DNA of 63,741 nt, filler included, from Octopus bimaculoides (taxonomy: Eukaryota): assembly GCF_001194135.2 (NCBI RefSeq). It is 7 parts of 5 records of this genome, joined end to end, with 100 filler letters (N's around TTAATTAATTAA, not from the genome) between each part and the next. Parts side by side here need not be neighbours in the genome. Positions count along the whole stretch, not along the records: positions 1 to 17,050 come from NC_068981.1; 6 more parts are not named here. One strand, 5' to 3'. The notes beneath the pieces were generated by a model that made no database searches, had not been told where the DNA came from, and saw only the letters and a list, made by a program, of their open reading frames with translations. The position numbers were made by a program, and so were the translations under genes. Numbering within the stretch: the first letter of the stretch is position 1; each line of letters begins with the position of its first letter. Of the stretch, positions 1 to 11,976 are shown piece after piece.

Positions 1-189
1 ATCAAGATTTAAAATATGTTCTAATTTAGGTTAATAAATTACGAAAGTTTAGATAAATAATTTGAATCGTAAATAATTTAAATCTTCTAACCTTTGAGGG
101 AATTAATAATATGTTTTATTAGAACTATTTGAAGAACTCACTTATTACGGGTTAATATGTATATATATATATAGATATATATATATATA

Positions 190-987
190 TGGAATACAAA
201 GAATATGTGAGTATATGCATATATACGTACATGTATGTGCATACCTACATCTACAGGGCGTCACAACAAAAACGTGGACAATATGAAAAACAGAACATAA
301 ACAGAGCACAGAACACAAACATGCTTCATACAGAAACTTTCTTTCATCAGCTGCCCCTATTCTAAACTAAGCGTTTCGAAGAGTTAGGGTAGGACGCATT
401 GTTAGAATAGCTCTTCCCACGGAAACAAATTCAATGAATATTGTAATGCGTTGGAATTAAGTGGCGAACAGAAAACACGACAAGAACACGAAACAGTGGA
501 AATAAATAAGAAGGGCTGTAAGGCCAGACATGAAAAAATATATGTATACTGAACGCTGTGAGTGACGAACTTGAGGGGAAGAGAGAAGAAAGTTCGTGCT
601 AGCTTGGCTGTGGCCAAGAGAAGAAAGAAAGCAGTATCCGGTCACATATGGGGTAGAGAGAGGAAAAAAAGGAGGAAGTTGAACATAGGTGAGCAACGAG
701 AGACAGGGAAGGAGAGAGATATATATAGTAGTGAAGGGGAGAGGCGAAGAACAACTGAAGGAAGAACGAGATGGGGAGAAAGATACAAAGATAGATACAG
801 TGCGCGTCGGAAATATAAAGTTAAAACTTACTTGTAAAAAGGAGGCGAGCGTTAGATCATATAATAATAATACTAATAATATGTGAGTATATGCATATAT
901 ACTTACATGTATGTACAAACCTACATCTACATGTATATATAGATGCATATCTGGGTAGAGAATGTCATAAGAAAATGTGGACAATAT
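190..987 (-). mobile_element. Non-autonomous PLE-like element with direct terminal repeats and two degenerate hammerhead-like motifs
   Basis: Direct repeats 202-284 and 878-987 flank a non-coding CT-rich (minus strand) body. The minus strand has GAAGAG...CTCTTC-GAAA-CGC (371-422) followed by CTGATGA-AAGAAAG (core at 344-350). The end abuts a (TA)n run. Confidence 0.45.
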
Positions 988-2676
988 TTTCTGAATTTTC
1001 AGATTTTTTTATATGCTAGGCCACTTGGTTTTTAAATTTAATTAATATTCAACTTATCACCCTATCTATATAAATAATAATTTAAATAGTTATGTTCTCC
1101 AGCCGGCAACATATACTGCAGTGAATTATTCTCTGCAGAATTGTTTCCGGAATCATGCGCGCCGGAGCTGAGGTATTTTGAAAAATACCCCCAATGTAAT
1201 CGGTAGAACTATAAGCAAGTCTTATTTCATGAAGACAATGCGTGTATAGTTCTGCAAATTATATTGATTCAAGAACGTTTGTGCTGATGAAAACACGGAT
1301 GTTGTTACGTAAGTAAAACGTTAATGTTCGAAACTGCAGTACATAGACTTAGATCATTGGATCTATACTTAGATCATTGGATCATATATACATGTCTCTC
1401 TCTCTTTCTTTCTCTCTCTCTCTCTTTCTTTCTCTCTCTCTCTCTCCTTTTCTCTCTCTCTCTCTCTGTATATATACATACATGTACACATACAATATGT
1501 ATAGAATATAAAATCTGACTTATGTAAATAAAACAATTATTGAAAATTGGACTCCATTAGTGGTCTGGGTTATTATCACTAGATGCCTTTCGTCATTTTG
1601 TGTAGAGTTAATTAGGAAAATAAAGAGAAAAGGATTGTAATTTCCAAGATACACGTCCAAGTAAGAAAATAAGTTATAAATAGAGAATAAATATTTAAAA
1701 ACAGATTTTTATGTAAAAAAACGGACTATACTAGGTTCATATGGGTGTAATTTTAATACGAAAGTAGCTAATTTCATATAGAAGAATTCGAACAATGTGT
1801 GAACGATCTTTGTTATTCTCATCGGTAACACACGCTTTTCATGACTGAGGACGGAGGATTTCACTGATTTTATAGTTTATATATGAATAATAGCATGAAT
1901 TACTAAATACATGTCATTGCTGCAAATTTAAAAAAACCCTGCTAAAAGCGCAATGTATTGTCCGATCCAGGAATGGAAACCATGATATTATGACCGTGTG
2001 CCGAACAGCCATATTACGCCTCGGTTTTACATTTCTATCACACGTCGTGTGTAAATAGAAATATTAATGTCATGTTTCATTTCTCTTTGTCGCCTACAAT
2101 GCTACAAAATGCTCAAAAACCTAACGGAATTCTCTATGGGAAACGAAATAATTGACAAATAATTACTTTAAAAAAAAAACTAAAGGATTAGTCTACTTAA
2201 CAAGTGTCTATCTACTTTAGCAAGTGCATAAACGTGAAGAATATTCAAAGCAAATTAAACGTCAGATGTTAAAAGTACTTAAATTTCCGTCTACAAATAT
2301 GTCATATTAATTCAATGCTTAAATTCAGGAACATAGAACTGACGCGGATTGATGTATATACGAATGTGTCTTGGTGTCTGGGTGTTTGCGAGCGCGCGTA
2401 AATGTGTGCGTGTGGGGGGGGGGGTGCGTGCGTGTGTATATAAATCAGTAAATGCAAAATTGTGGCGGCAATTAAATCGGGTAAATAAACTGCTAATAAA
2501 TCTTCAAAAATATTTGAAACAGCAGGATTCCGTTCCTCGATGGTTTACCCTACACGGGAAGATTGCATAAACGACATAACCATATGCGTCTGTTTTATGC
2601 AGCTAGTATATTTACATATTACTCTACAGGTGTAGTGCCGTTGCTTCTACATGAATATATACACATATATATGTGC

Positions 2677-2724
<48 letters not shown>

Positions 2725-2808
2725 NNNNNNNNNNNNNNNNNNNNNNNNNNNNNNNNNNNNNNNNNNNNNNNNNNNNNNNNNNNNNNNNNNNNNNNNNNNN
2801 NNNNNNNN

Positions 2809-2857
<49 letters not shown>

Positions 2858-3510
2858 GTTCTATACAATTTCAATATTATGCTACATTTTGGGGATTGTG
2901 TGGATGATTTATATTAAAGCTGACCTCAGGTTTTTTTTCATCCAAAATGCACAAATATTTGGAATATTTGTGCATTCATATCTCAGTATACTTACTCATA
3001 CATACACATACGTATATATGTATATATATCGGGGTGCGTATGGCTGTACTTGTAGGTTTGTATCAGTTTGTACATACGTATATATTTCGAATTACAAAAC
3101 GAGTGTAAAACAATGGATTGAGAAGCTTTGACTGACTGACACTAAAGATGTGTTACTTCCCCATAGACCCTGGATAGATACCGGATATCAGTGTCCATAT
3201 TTTTCCGAAACATATAGCTTATGCTTTATTATAAAGCAATGAAGATCGATATTAATATTTCAAAAAGTAGTGCATTAATTTTATTATACTAAATTGGCCA
3301 CATATTTCAATCATACATACTTCAGTATATATGATACCAATTATATTCTAAATCATATTTAGAGCATTAGTGCATATATTTTCATATCCCTACAAAAAAA
3401 TGTCATAATCATAAAAAAATTACAAGACCTTCACAAAACAACTGACTATAATGTGTAGGAACAGTTTCTCTCAATTATTTCTGTCTCGTCCACCTGCTCT
3501 TTTAATGTGA

Positions 3511-3541
<31 letters not shown>

Positions 3542-3667
3542 TGCATATATGTATTTATTTATGTACGTATGTTTAATTGTATATATGTATATATATATAT
3601 TTACATACAATCATAGTATATCTATACATGTAAATATATAAATATTTACACACATACATATAAATAC

Positions 3668-3701
<34 letters not shown>

Positions 3702-4261
3702 ACACACTCATTTTTTGAATACGGGTATTATTAAATTAATGTTAGCTTTGTTTCAAGAAAAAGTCATAAGCAGGCAATATTCCAGTGAAATTAATCAGTT
3801 TTGGGCGAAAGCAGTGCTCCAGTGAGCATATCCTGTGTTTAAAAAATAACTCCATACCGATAATTTAATTACATCGTACATTGATCTAGCTTTAATGATA
3901 TGTTTTCTAGTTTATGTATTTCTAATTCCTGAAACGGAAATCAGAAACTTTTCTTTAGAGAAATAGCTTCTCTTTTAAACAATGTCTTTTTTAAAAATAT
4001 ATCTGAAGGTGACTTTCTGAACAACACACAAGTTACAAGCATGAGATACCAGATAGAAGCACGCAACAACTTGAAGTTTGTATGCGCACACGTTGATAAA
4101 AAGCATGTACAAAACATTACACAGAATGTATAAATTATCACCCACATCCAAATAACTCTGCACAAGCCACAAAACACACATTCGGACACTCATATACACA
4201 TACATACTCACAAACACACACACATATGCACACATATATATAAACACACATACGCACACAC

Positions 4262-4262
<1 letters not shown>

Positions 4263-4345
<83 letters not shown>

Positions 4346-4346
4346 G
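4263..4346. repeat. (GATA)n microsatellite
   Basis: Perfect tetranucleotide run. Similar runs at 19081-19161, 28021-28086, 50540-50645 and 53218-53294. Confidence 0.97.
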
Positions 4347-4763
4347 TAGACCCAAATTGAGGGAGTAGAACAAGTAAAATCCAAGCTATAAATGTTTTTG
4401 AGCCATGAGATCCTCTGATGTAATATTTACTCAACGAGGAGTATCAGCTAGCCACTCATCGAGCTAAAAATTTCTTAATTATACGAAGATTACATTGTCG
4501 TTCGATGGTTACATTGTCAACTCTTCGAAGATGTCATTTGCAGTTTTTATTCGCATTCATAGCAGCTGCATTTGCTAACCCTGAGATATACAAAATGATT
4601 TTAGCTTATCGAACTTCGATATGCGAGAAGCCTACAACTTTCTACTTCAATAAACTATTGTTGTTCCCGGGCGTTGTTTTTTAGACCTACCAACGACTGC
4701 TCGAAGCTTTGAAAATTCCTATACTTAGATCATTGGATCATATAATTGCATATATATATATAT

Positions 4764-5803
4764 CAGAAAATAGGACAAAAACGCAAAACATCCAGACAGT
4801 TATGTGATACAAGAAAGGGACAACAAAACATCCAGGTAGACGATACAAAGAAAACAAGGACAAATCATTCGGACTTTTCTTTCCTTAGTCGAGATCCAGA
4901 TTATCTTTGCAATTTCGGCCGGTTATTCCCGATATTGCTCCAATCTGGCCAGCCCCAAGGACAAACTAAGCTATGAGCATTAGATTCCTTGGAAGAAACC
5001 AGCGAATGTATACAATGGAGGAAAAAAAACGAACAATCTTACACAAATACACTAAAAATAAAAAATGATGACAGGAAATAACAACAGATGTCTTTCGACT
5101 ACGGACGAATTAACTTAAGCTGGCGTGTGTGGAAATAAAGCCTTACGGCAGGGATACAACTTTTCACAGGCACAGGGAGGAATATCGATGTTGCACGGAC
5201 AACGGCCGGCCAAGAAAGAACGATCTGGCTTGGCCGAACGCCGGTGACGTGGGAAGAGAAGGAAGAGAGGTAGAGGCAATGGGACAAAAGAATTAAGGAG
5301 AGGCGAAAAAAATGACAGAGACACAGTGAAGTGAAAAGTGGAAGGAAAGTGAGCAAGAAGAGAAGGCAAGGAAATGTGAGCCAGAGAGAACGAAAGAACG
5401 AAGAATGGAATGAACGAATAAGAGTGAAGAAGCTGATAGACAGAAATAGAGTCGTACAAGATGTAGAAAAATATATACTTACATATAAGAGAAAACGTGT
5501 ACGTACGCTGCTATATACGTATATATAAATAATACAAAATGGAACAAGAACGCAAAACATCCAGACAGTTATGTGATACAAGAAAGGGACAACAAAACAT
5601 CCCGATAGACGATACAAAGAAAACAAGGACAAGTCATTCGGAATTTTCTTTCCTCAGTCGAGATCCAGATTATCTTTGCTATTTCGGCTGGTTATTCCTG
5701 ATATTGCTCCAATGTGGTCAGCCGTAAGGAAAAACTAAGCTATGAGGATTAGATTCCTTGGAAGAAAGCAGCGAATGTATACAAAAATAAGGACAGAAAA
5801 TGG
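4764..5803 (-). mobile_element. Non-autonomous PLE-like element with ~250-270 bp direct terminal repeats
   Basis: 4764-5015 and 5535-5803 are ~90% identical direct repeats around a purine-rich spacer. The same family occurs inverted at ~53545-54120. The 3' end abuts (TA)n. Confidence 0.55.
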
Positions 5804-7207
5804 GCGGGGTGGTTATTAATTTCTAGTAACGTAAATATTATCGATCGCACATAAACATAGTATGTCTTGTATTTATATTCCTAATTTGCTACCAGCTAGC
5901 GTCTGGGAAAGCTCCCTACACAGTGTGAAGTGTTAAAAAAACATGAATGTCAAAGACCAAGGTAAGTTGTCGCCCCTGGTCTATAACATTCATGTGTTCA
6001 TTAACATTCAGCGTTGTATAGGGAGGTTTTTTCAGACGCTCTCCCGCAGAAACTTCGGCATATAAACAAAAAAGTTGTACGTGTGATCGATAATGCTTAT
6101 ATAAATGTGTATGTATGTATGTATGTATGCGTCCGTGTGTCACTTATCATCTGTCGATTGGAAATGCAAATATTTCGGCAACTTTCGGAACTGTTGCCTA
6201 CCAAAGCTATGCTAAAGAACTTTGAGGCTGCACAGGATGGTCCATATTCTATCTACCCACATCGCAACACCCTTACTTGTCAACAGTATCTATGAAAATG
6301 ACATTAATTAATTTGTATACGTAACCTTTTCAACCATTCGATGACTATTTTGCTTTCATGCTCGCTGATGGATTGTTGTTATATCCATCAGTTTAAACTT
6401 CCTTTAACATGTTTCTGCGCCAAATGGTGAAGTATTTAGGTGATCGCATTACTGGATCCGGTATTTCGTTTTCCTGTTGGTTTTATTATGTTTTTCTTTT
6501 TAACTGAAAGCCAGCCAGCTTTGACAAAGTAGATCTCTTCAGAAACAAAACAATATTCCGCGACTATTGCGAGTACCAGACACTTCCATCTTCACGTTGC
6601 ATGTCATCTTCTTGGCTTTTCATATTTTGAAACAATTTGCACATTTTCCCTTCACGTGACTTTCCCAAACTAACTTCTACTGAAAATCCAGAATAAGCGG
6701 GCCTGCTCATAAAATTAAAGCGTTGATTTGTTTTTGAAATATGGCTTTCATATACGATGATCCCCTTCAGATCCACCTGGATATTCCACTCGTTCACACA
6801 TTTAGAAATGTACCTTTCGAGTTTCCTTTACTCCCTAATGTTTTCATCTCTCGTCCACATCTTGAAGACAACTTTAGGGAGCAACTGAGCAGCTTTTTGC
6901 TAATTCTCGTTATTTCAGTAGCAGAAAACAACCTTGTCTTTTTACTCGTAATATTATAAACTCCAACATAACTAGTTTTAGTGCAGCAACAATGATATGC
7001 AAGACTTCGGTAAGTCTTCAGACATATTTTACAAGTGATGTCTCTTACATAATCTATCGTACCTGCCTGAATATGTAATTCTAACTATACTGCGGATACA
7101 GTGTGCATGATGGAAGCATAACGTATTCCAGTCTCAGGAGGAATTTTATAAGGTGGCTAACTCCATTTCCACTGATCTCTGTATGTTAAATTCTTCAGTT
7201 TCCTCCA

Positions 7208-7246
<39 letters not shown>

Positions 7247-9293
7247 TGTGTGCGTGTTTGTGGTTTCTTCCACAAAACTATACATTGGAAGCATTAGATA
7301 AGTTTATATTGCGTCCACTGTTTTATGTAATCTACAACTAAAACTAGATGACAAAATATATCCTAAAGACCTCCTTCTTCACAGTCCTATACGTAAATGA
7401 GTGTCACTAAACGTTGAGTAGATGCTACAATGTTTTAACTCTTGATATAATAAGCTAATGTTATTTTGCATTATATCAAGTATCATTCATTGTGCATCAT
7501 AAATGGCATCATATGAAACTGCCTTAAAGATAATATCAAATAATGAAACTTACGACGGCTCGAAATTAACGTTTTTTGATAGTTTTGTGACGGTCTTATG
7601 ATAGTTCTGTGTTGGAATAATTTCGTGTTGTAAATTGTCTGGAAGATCAGTTGTTTTGGAGTAATTTTTTCAATGTCAGGCTTTCATTATACTATACATC
7701 TTCTTAACATTGGTGTTTTAACTACACAATTATCTTTGCTGTGATTCGTCCTTCAGAATGCGAAAGCTGAAAGAAATTCAAGGAAACTTTGAGCTATTGT
7801 TTATATGACAGGGTTAATTTGTTCAATGTATTTTGCATAACACAACATCCGGTGACAATGTAGTTTCATTTATAGTGCGCGAGACAGTAATTTTCCATTA
7901 TTTAATGTTTGCCTATAAGGACTAACGTTTTGAATCGAAATTAAATTTTAAACTTGCGGTGATATGTAATAATACTTCTGTGTACATGGGTGGCAATTAT
8001 TTCTGTGGGGAAGCTTTGAGAATAAATAGTAGTTAGTGAGAACACAATTTAGCTGCAAGTGATAAATGTAATTTATTCGTTTATTTTTCACAATTAAAAT
8101 TGTATGTTCATAAAAAATTGCACTTCTATGCATTTCATCTTTATCAACTGTCTGCCTTACATTTCAAATAAACCGGAAGGTGTGTAGTAAAGTAAAAATG
8201 AATCAGTTAAGTGATCAACACACACACCTAATCTCACTTACTGACATATATACACATACACACTCACTAGCAGACACTCTTACACGCTTATTTACTGCGA
8301 CGTGTTAGTATGATATATAGATATATTCAAAAACGTGAATGAGTGTATTTGTTTCATTTGTATATTTCGAACACATTCACAAAGTTTTCACGCTATCAAT
8401 ATCCTTTTCTCCTTCCTTTTTTCTTGTTATTCTCTCACAGACACCAATCTTAAATACTTACATTTTTCTCTTCTCTTTTCCCTTTCTTTCTTATTATGAC
8501 TTTCGTCATCCCACTCTACGATGACGAGAGGTTACAAAATACCTTATGAACCATCACAAAATATATCTCCCAACGGCATATTAACTTCCATGAAAACAAT
8601 TATTCTTTAACCAATGTAAAAATAGACATAAATGTATGTCCATGAGTATCTGTGTGTAGACGCACGCTTTGATAAATTCAATTAGAAAGGCAATCCTACA
8701 CATCATATTTTTAAAATAAAGAGCACGTGAGACTAAGAGGCATGCAAACTCAAAGTGGGTTCAGCTGTTTGATAGAGTTTACAGTCTCTGTTACAGAATA
8801 ATTATACTGACATCAATAACTTGCATATAAATTTCACCATTATAATTTAATAAGTACAAACCGATAATCCTCGGGAGCCTCAGCGTGGCTTTAAGTGCAA
8901 TATTTGAATTTATTGTCGAAATCATGTATCTCATTACTTCACTTTGATAATACTGCAATTAAGAAATTTTAAATTTAACTGTATGATATCAAGCTTCATG
9001 GTCATACAAGTGAAATATTAAGTTCACATGTGCATACATGTATATGTGTATGTTTCTGTGTGTGTTTCTATTTTTTACTGAGAACATTTTTTTTTTGTGG
9101 TTAGATGATTCGGCATCTATTTCTAGCATATAGGAGTCCACTTTTGCTGGTCATTCCTCTTATTTTTGTATGTAATATAATTTTAATCTTCGGATTTTTT
9201 TATATACTAAACCACTGGTTTTAATTGATTAATATCAATTTCTACCCTTATTAATAAATTGTATATATATATATACATATATGTATATGTATG

Positions 9294-9326
<33 letters not shown>

Positions 9327-9711
9327 NNNNNNNNNNNNNNNNNNNNNNNNNNNNNNNNNNNNNNNNNNNNNNNNNNNNNNNNNNNNNNNNNNNNNNNNNN
9401 NNNNNNNNNNNNNNNNNNNNNNNNNNNNNNNNNNNNNNNNNNNNNNNNNNNNNNNNNNNNNNNNNNNNNNNNNNNNNNNNNNNNNNNNNNNNNNNNNNNN
9501 NNNNNNNNNNNNNNNNNNNNNNNNNNNNNNNNNNNNNNNNNNNNNNNNNNNNNNNNNNNNNNNNNNNNNNNNNNNNNNNNNNNNNNNNNNNNNNNNNNNN
9601 NNNNNNNNNNNNNNNNNNNNNNNNNNNNNNNNNNNNNNNNNNNNNNNNNNNNNNNNNNNNNNNNNNNNNNNNNNNNNNNNNNNNNNNNNNNNNNNNNNNN
9701 GGTACATATAT

Positions 9712-9876
9712 ATTTTTTTTTCTCCGTGTTTTTCTCCTTGTCTCCGTATTCTTTCTGTTGAAGAGCGTAGCTCGAAACGTCAAAGACTTTCCGTATTCCC
9801 GAGCGTCATACTAATACATCTTTTGTTATTTACACCACCTGTCCTCGTCTGTTGTTGTTTTTTCGTATATTCTCCC
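9712..9876 (+). mobile_element. Solo PLE pseudo-LTR tail with minimal hammerhead
   Basis: Homologous to the 3' tail of the PLE at 49840-49985 and to copies at 28155-28320, 47806-47955 and 54412-54576. Ends directly in (TA)n. Confidence 0.75.
9750..9786 (+). ncRNA. Minimal type-I hammerhead ribozyme motif (variant core CUGUUGA)
   Basis: Stem I TCTTT/AAAGA; core CTGTTGA-A; stem II GAGC-GTA-GCTC; GAAA; palindromic ACGT stem III; GUC cleavage triplet. This is the layout of PLE-associated minimal HHRs. Confidence 0.6.
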
Positions 9877-9902
9877 ATATATATATATATATATATATAT
9901 AT

Positions 9903-10590
9903 AAAGATGGTAACATGGAGGCGGTGGTTCCTGCCTCACGTTCTCTGATAGCAGCAGAGAAGAATTATAGTCAAATCCAAAAAAGCTCTAGCGATTATTT
10001 TTGCCGTGGAAAAAATTCATATTTTTAAACGGTTGAAGTTTTCGTCTACAGAATAACCATCGTCCATGATTATTTATATTTGAGTCGAAAAAATGAATCC
10101 CTACCCATACTGCTACTAGGTTACAACGCTGTGGTACGATATTATTAAACTATGATATCAAGATGGAGTATATAGCATCTAAGGAATTAGGTCACGCAGG
10201 TTTGTCTATCAAGACTGATTTCGAAGAATGCGGAAGCAATTGAAGATACCATGATTACAGTTTTGCGAGCGGAAAATCAAATTAAACATGTTCTGTGTAA
10301 CGTCATTCATGAACTGCCAATTAATTTATAAGGCATAAAATTGAAATCGCAAAATGATAAATTTATTATAAAAAGGAAAGACTTACTGAAGGCTAAAAGA
10401 AATGAAAATACGTGCCACACAAATGCAAACCATTTCTCATTGTCTGACAATGTGTTGATCTATGCACAAAGAGTTGCAGTGTCAGCCACACTAGAAAAGC
10501 GATTATTAAAGGAATTTCATATGGGTCACCCAGGGATTTCGAGAATGAAATCATTAATGAGAAATCATTAATGAGAAATTTGTGCACATA
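9903..10590 (+). mobile_element. Ty3/Gypsy LTR retrotransposon pol fragment (RNase H + integrase Zn-binding region), decayed
   Basis: With frameshifts it translates to ASRSLIAAEKNYSQI..ALAIIFAVEK..TATRLQRCGTILLNYDIKMEYI..ELGHA and QRVAVSATLEKRLLKEFHMGHPGISRMKSLMR. Confidence 0.9.
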
Positions 10591-11203
10591 CTCTGATTAA
10601 GCTTACTTGGTTTATTATTCAATGAATCCGTCTTTGGCCTCAGTAACTGACAACGCATTAAATTTGAAACTCTCTAGTACTTTACTTTTTGCCGAAGAAG
10701 GAGGCGGTGTCCAATAATGGATATACATGTTTGTCTGGACAACTCGACTCCTAGAAATGGCCGTCGGATTTTAATGCTCGAACCGTTTATATTTTACCTT
10801 TTTGGGTGATTCTTAACTTTCTATCTAATTCTAAGATATCGTTTGCATTGTGTAAGTCGGATTATNNNNNNNNNNNNNNNNNNNNNNNNNNNNNNNNNNN
10901 NNNNNNNNNNNNNNNNNNNNNNNNNNNNNNNNNNNNNNNNNNNNNNNNNNNNNNNNNNNNNNNNNNNNNNNNNNNNNNNNNNNNNNNNNNNNNNNNNNNN
11001 NNNNNNNNNNNNNNNNNNNNNNNNNNNNNNNNNNNNNNNNNNNNNNNNNNNNNNNNNNNNNNNNNNNNNNNNNNNNNNNNNNNNNNNNNNNNNNNNNNNN
11101 NNNNNNNNNNNNNNNNNNNNNNNNNNNNNNNNNNNNNNNNNNNNNNNNNNNNNNNNNNNNNNNNNNNNNNNNNNNNNNNNNNNNNNNNNNNNNNNNNNNN
11201 NNN

Positions 11204-11238
<35 letters not shown>

Positions 11239-11244
11239 CGTGTT

Positions 11245-11285
<41 letters not shown>

Positions 11286-11457
11286 CTTGACAACTGTAAC
11301 TTGACAACTGATGCCGGTACGTTTACGTTTCCGTAACATAGCAGTTCGGGAAATGGAGCCAACAACATTAGTACTGGGGACGATTCGTTTGACTAAAAGT
11401 CGTCAAGGCAGTTTCACAACATGACTGCAGTCTAAAAAACAGAAACCATTAAAAGAA
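11286..11457 (+). mobile_element. Octopus-type SINE 3' part, degenerate
   Basis: Homologous to 44440-44625 and 63508-63665 (CTTGACAAC.GATGC.GGT..GTTTACGT...). Follows a (TG)n/(CT)n tract. Confidence 0.65.
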
Positions 11458-11678
11458 AATACAAAAGGAACAGAATTTTCAGTTGAAAAAATAGAATATT
11501 AATTTTGCGTACATTCGAGTAAAATATTGATCAGTTTCCAGTGAAACCATTGATGTAGATCCACACACATAACTATAACAAGGGCAGAAAGAAATAGACA
11601 AATATATTTTCAATTATTTACAACAAATATTTTCAAACATATTTAGCAAAGTTCACTTCCTTATCTCATGATTCAGTA

Positions 11679-11753
11679 TTCAGTCGCACTGCATGGCACC
11701 TTGGGCAAATATCTTCTACTATAGCCTCCAGTCGACCAAAGCCTTGTAAGTGA
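11679..11753 (+). mobile_element. CORE-type SINE fragment
   Basis: GGCACCTTGGGCAAATATCTTCTACTATAGCC resembles the CORE domain. Same family as 36112-36233, 37183-37290, 60192-60320 and 63295-63505. Confidence 0.65.
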
Positions 11754-11759
11754 TATTGA

Positions 11760-11976
11760 TTTCAAATCTTGGCTCAAGGCCAGCAATTCCAAGGAGGGGT
11801 TAAGTTGATTACTTTGATCCCAGTGCTCAACTGGGATGAAAGGCAAAGGGATGAAAGGCAAAGGGATGAAAAGCAAAGTTGATCTCGGCGGAATTTGAAC
11901 TCAGAACGTAAAGACGGACGAAATGCCGCTAAGTATTTCACACAAAGTGCTACTGATGCTGCTAGTTCACCGCCTT
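11760..11976 (-). mobile_element. tRNA-derived SINE (Nin-domain-like Octopus family) with internal 15-bp triplication
   Basis: The minus strand has the head AAGGCGGTGAACTAGCAGCATCAGTAGC and B-box-like GAGTTCAAATTCC. The unit GGGATGAAAGGCAAA occurs three times (~11833-11877). Confidence 0.8.

Noticed and set aside
1287-1312. CTGATGA-A-AAC..GTT-GTTA-CGTA hammerhead-like layout
   Set aside because: GAAA is replaced by GTTA and stem I is absent.
6564-6959. Overlapping 72-77 aa ORFs
   Set aside because: No recognisable motif in any frame; possibly very old TE debris.
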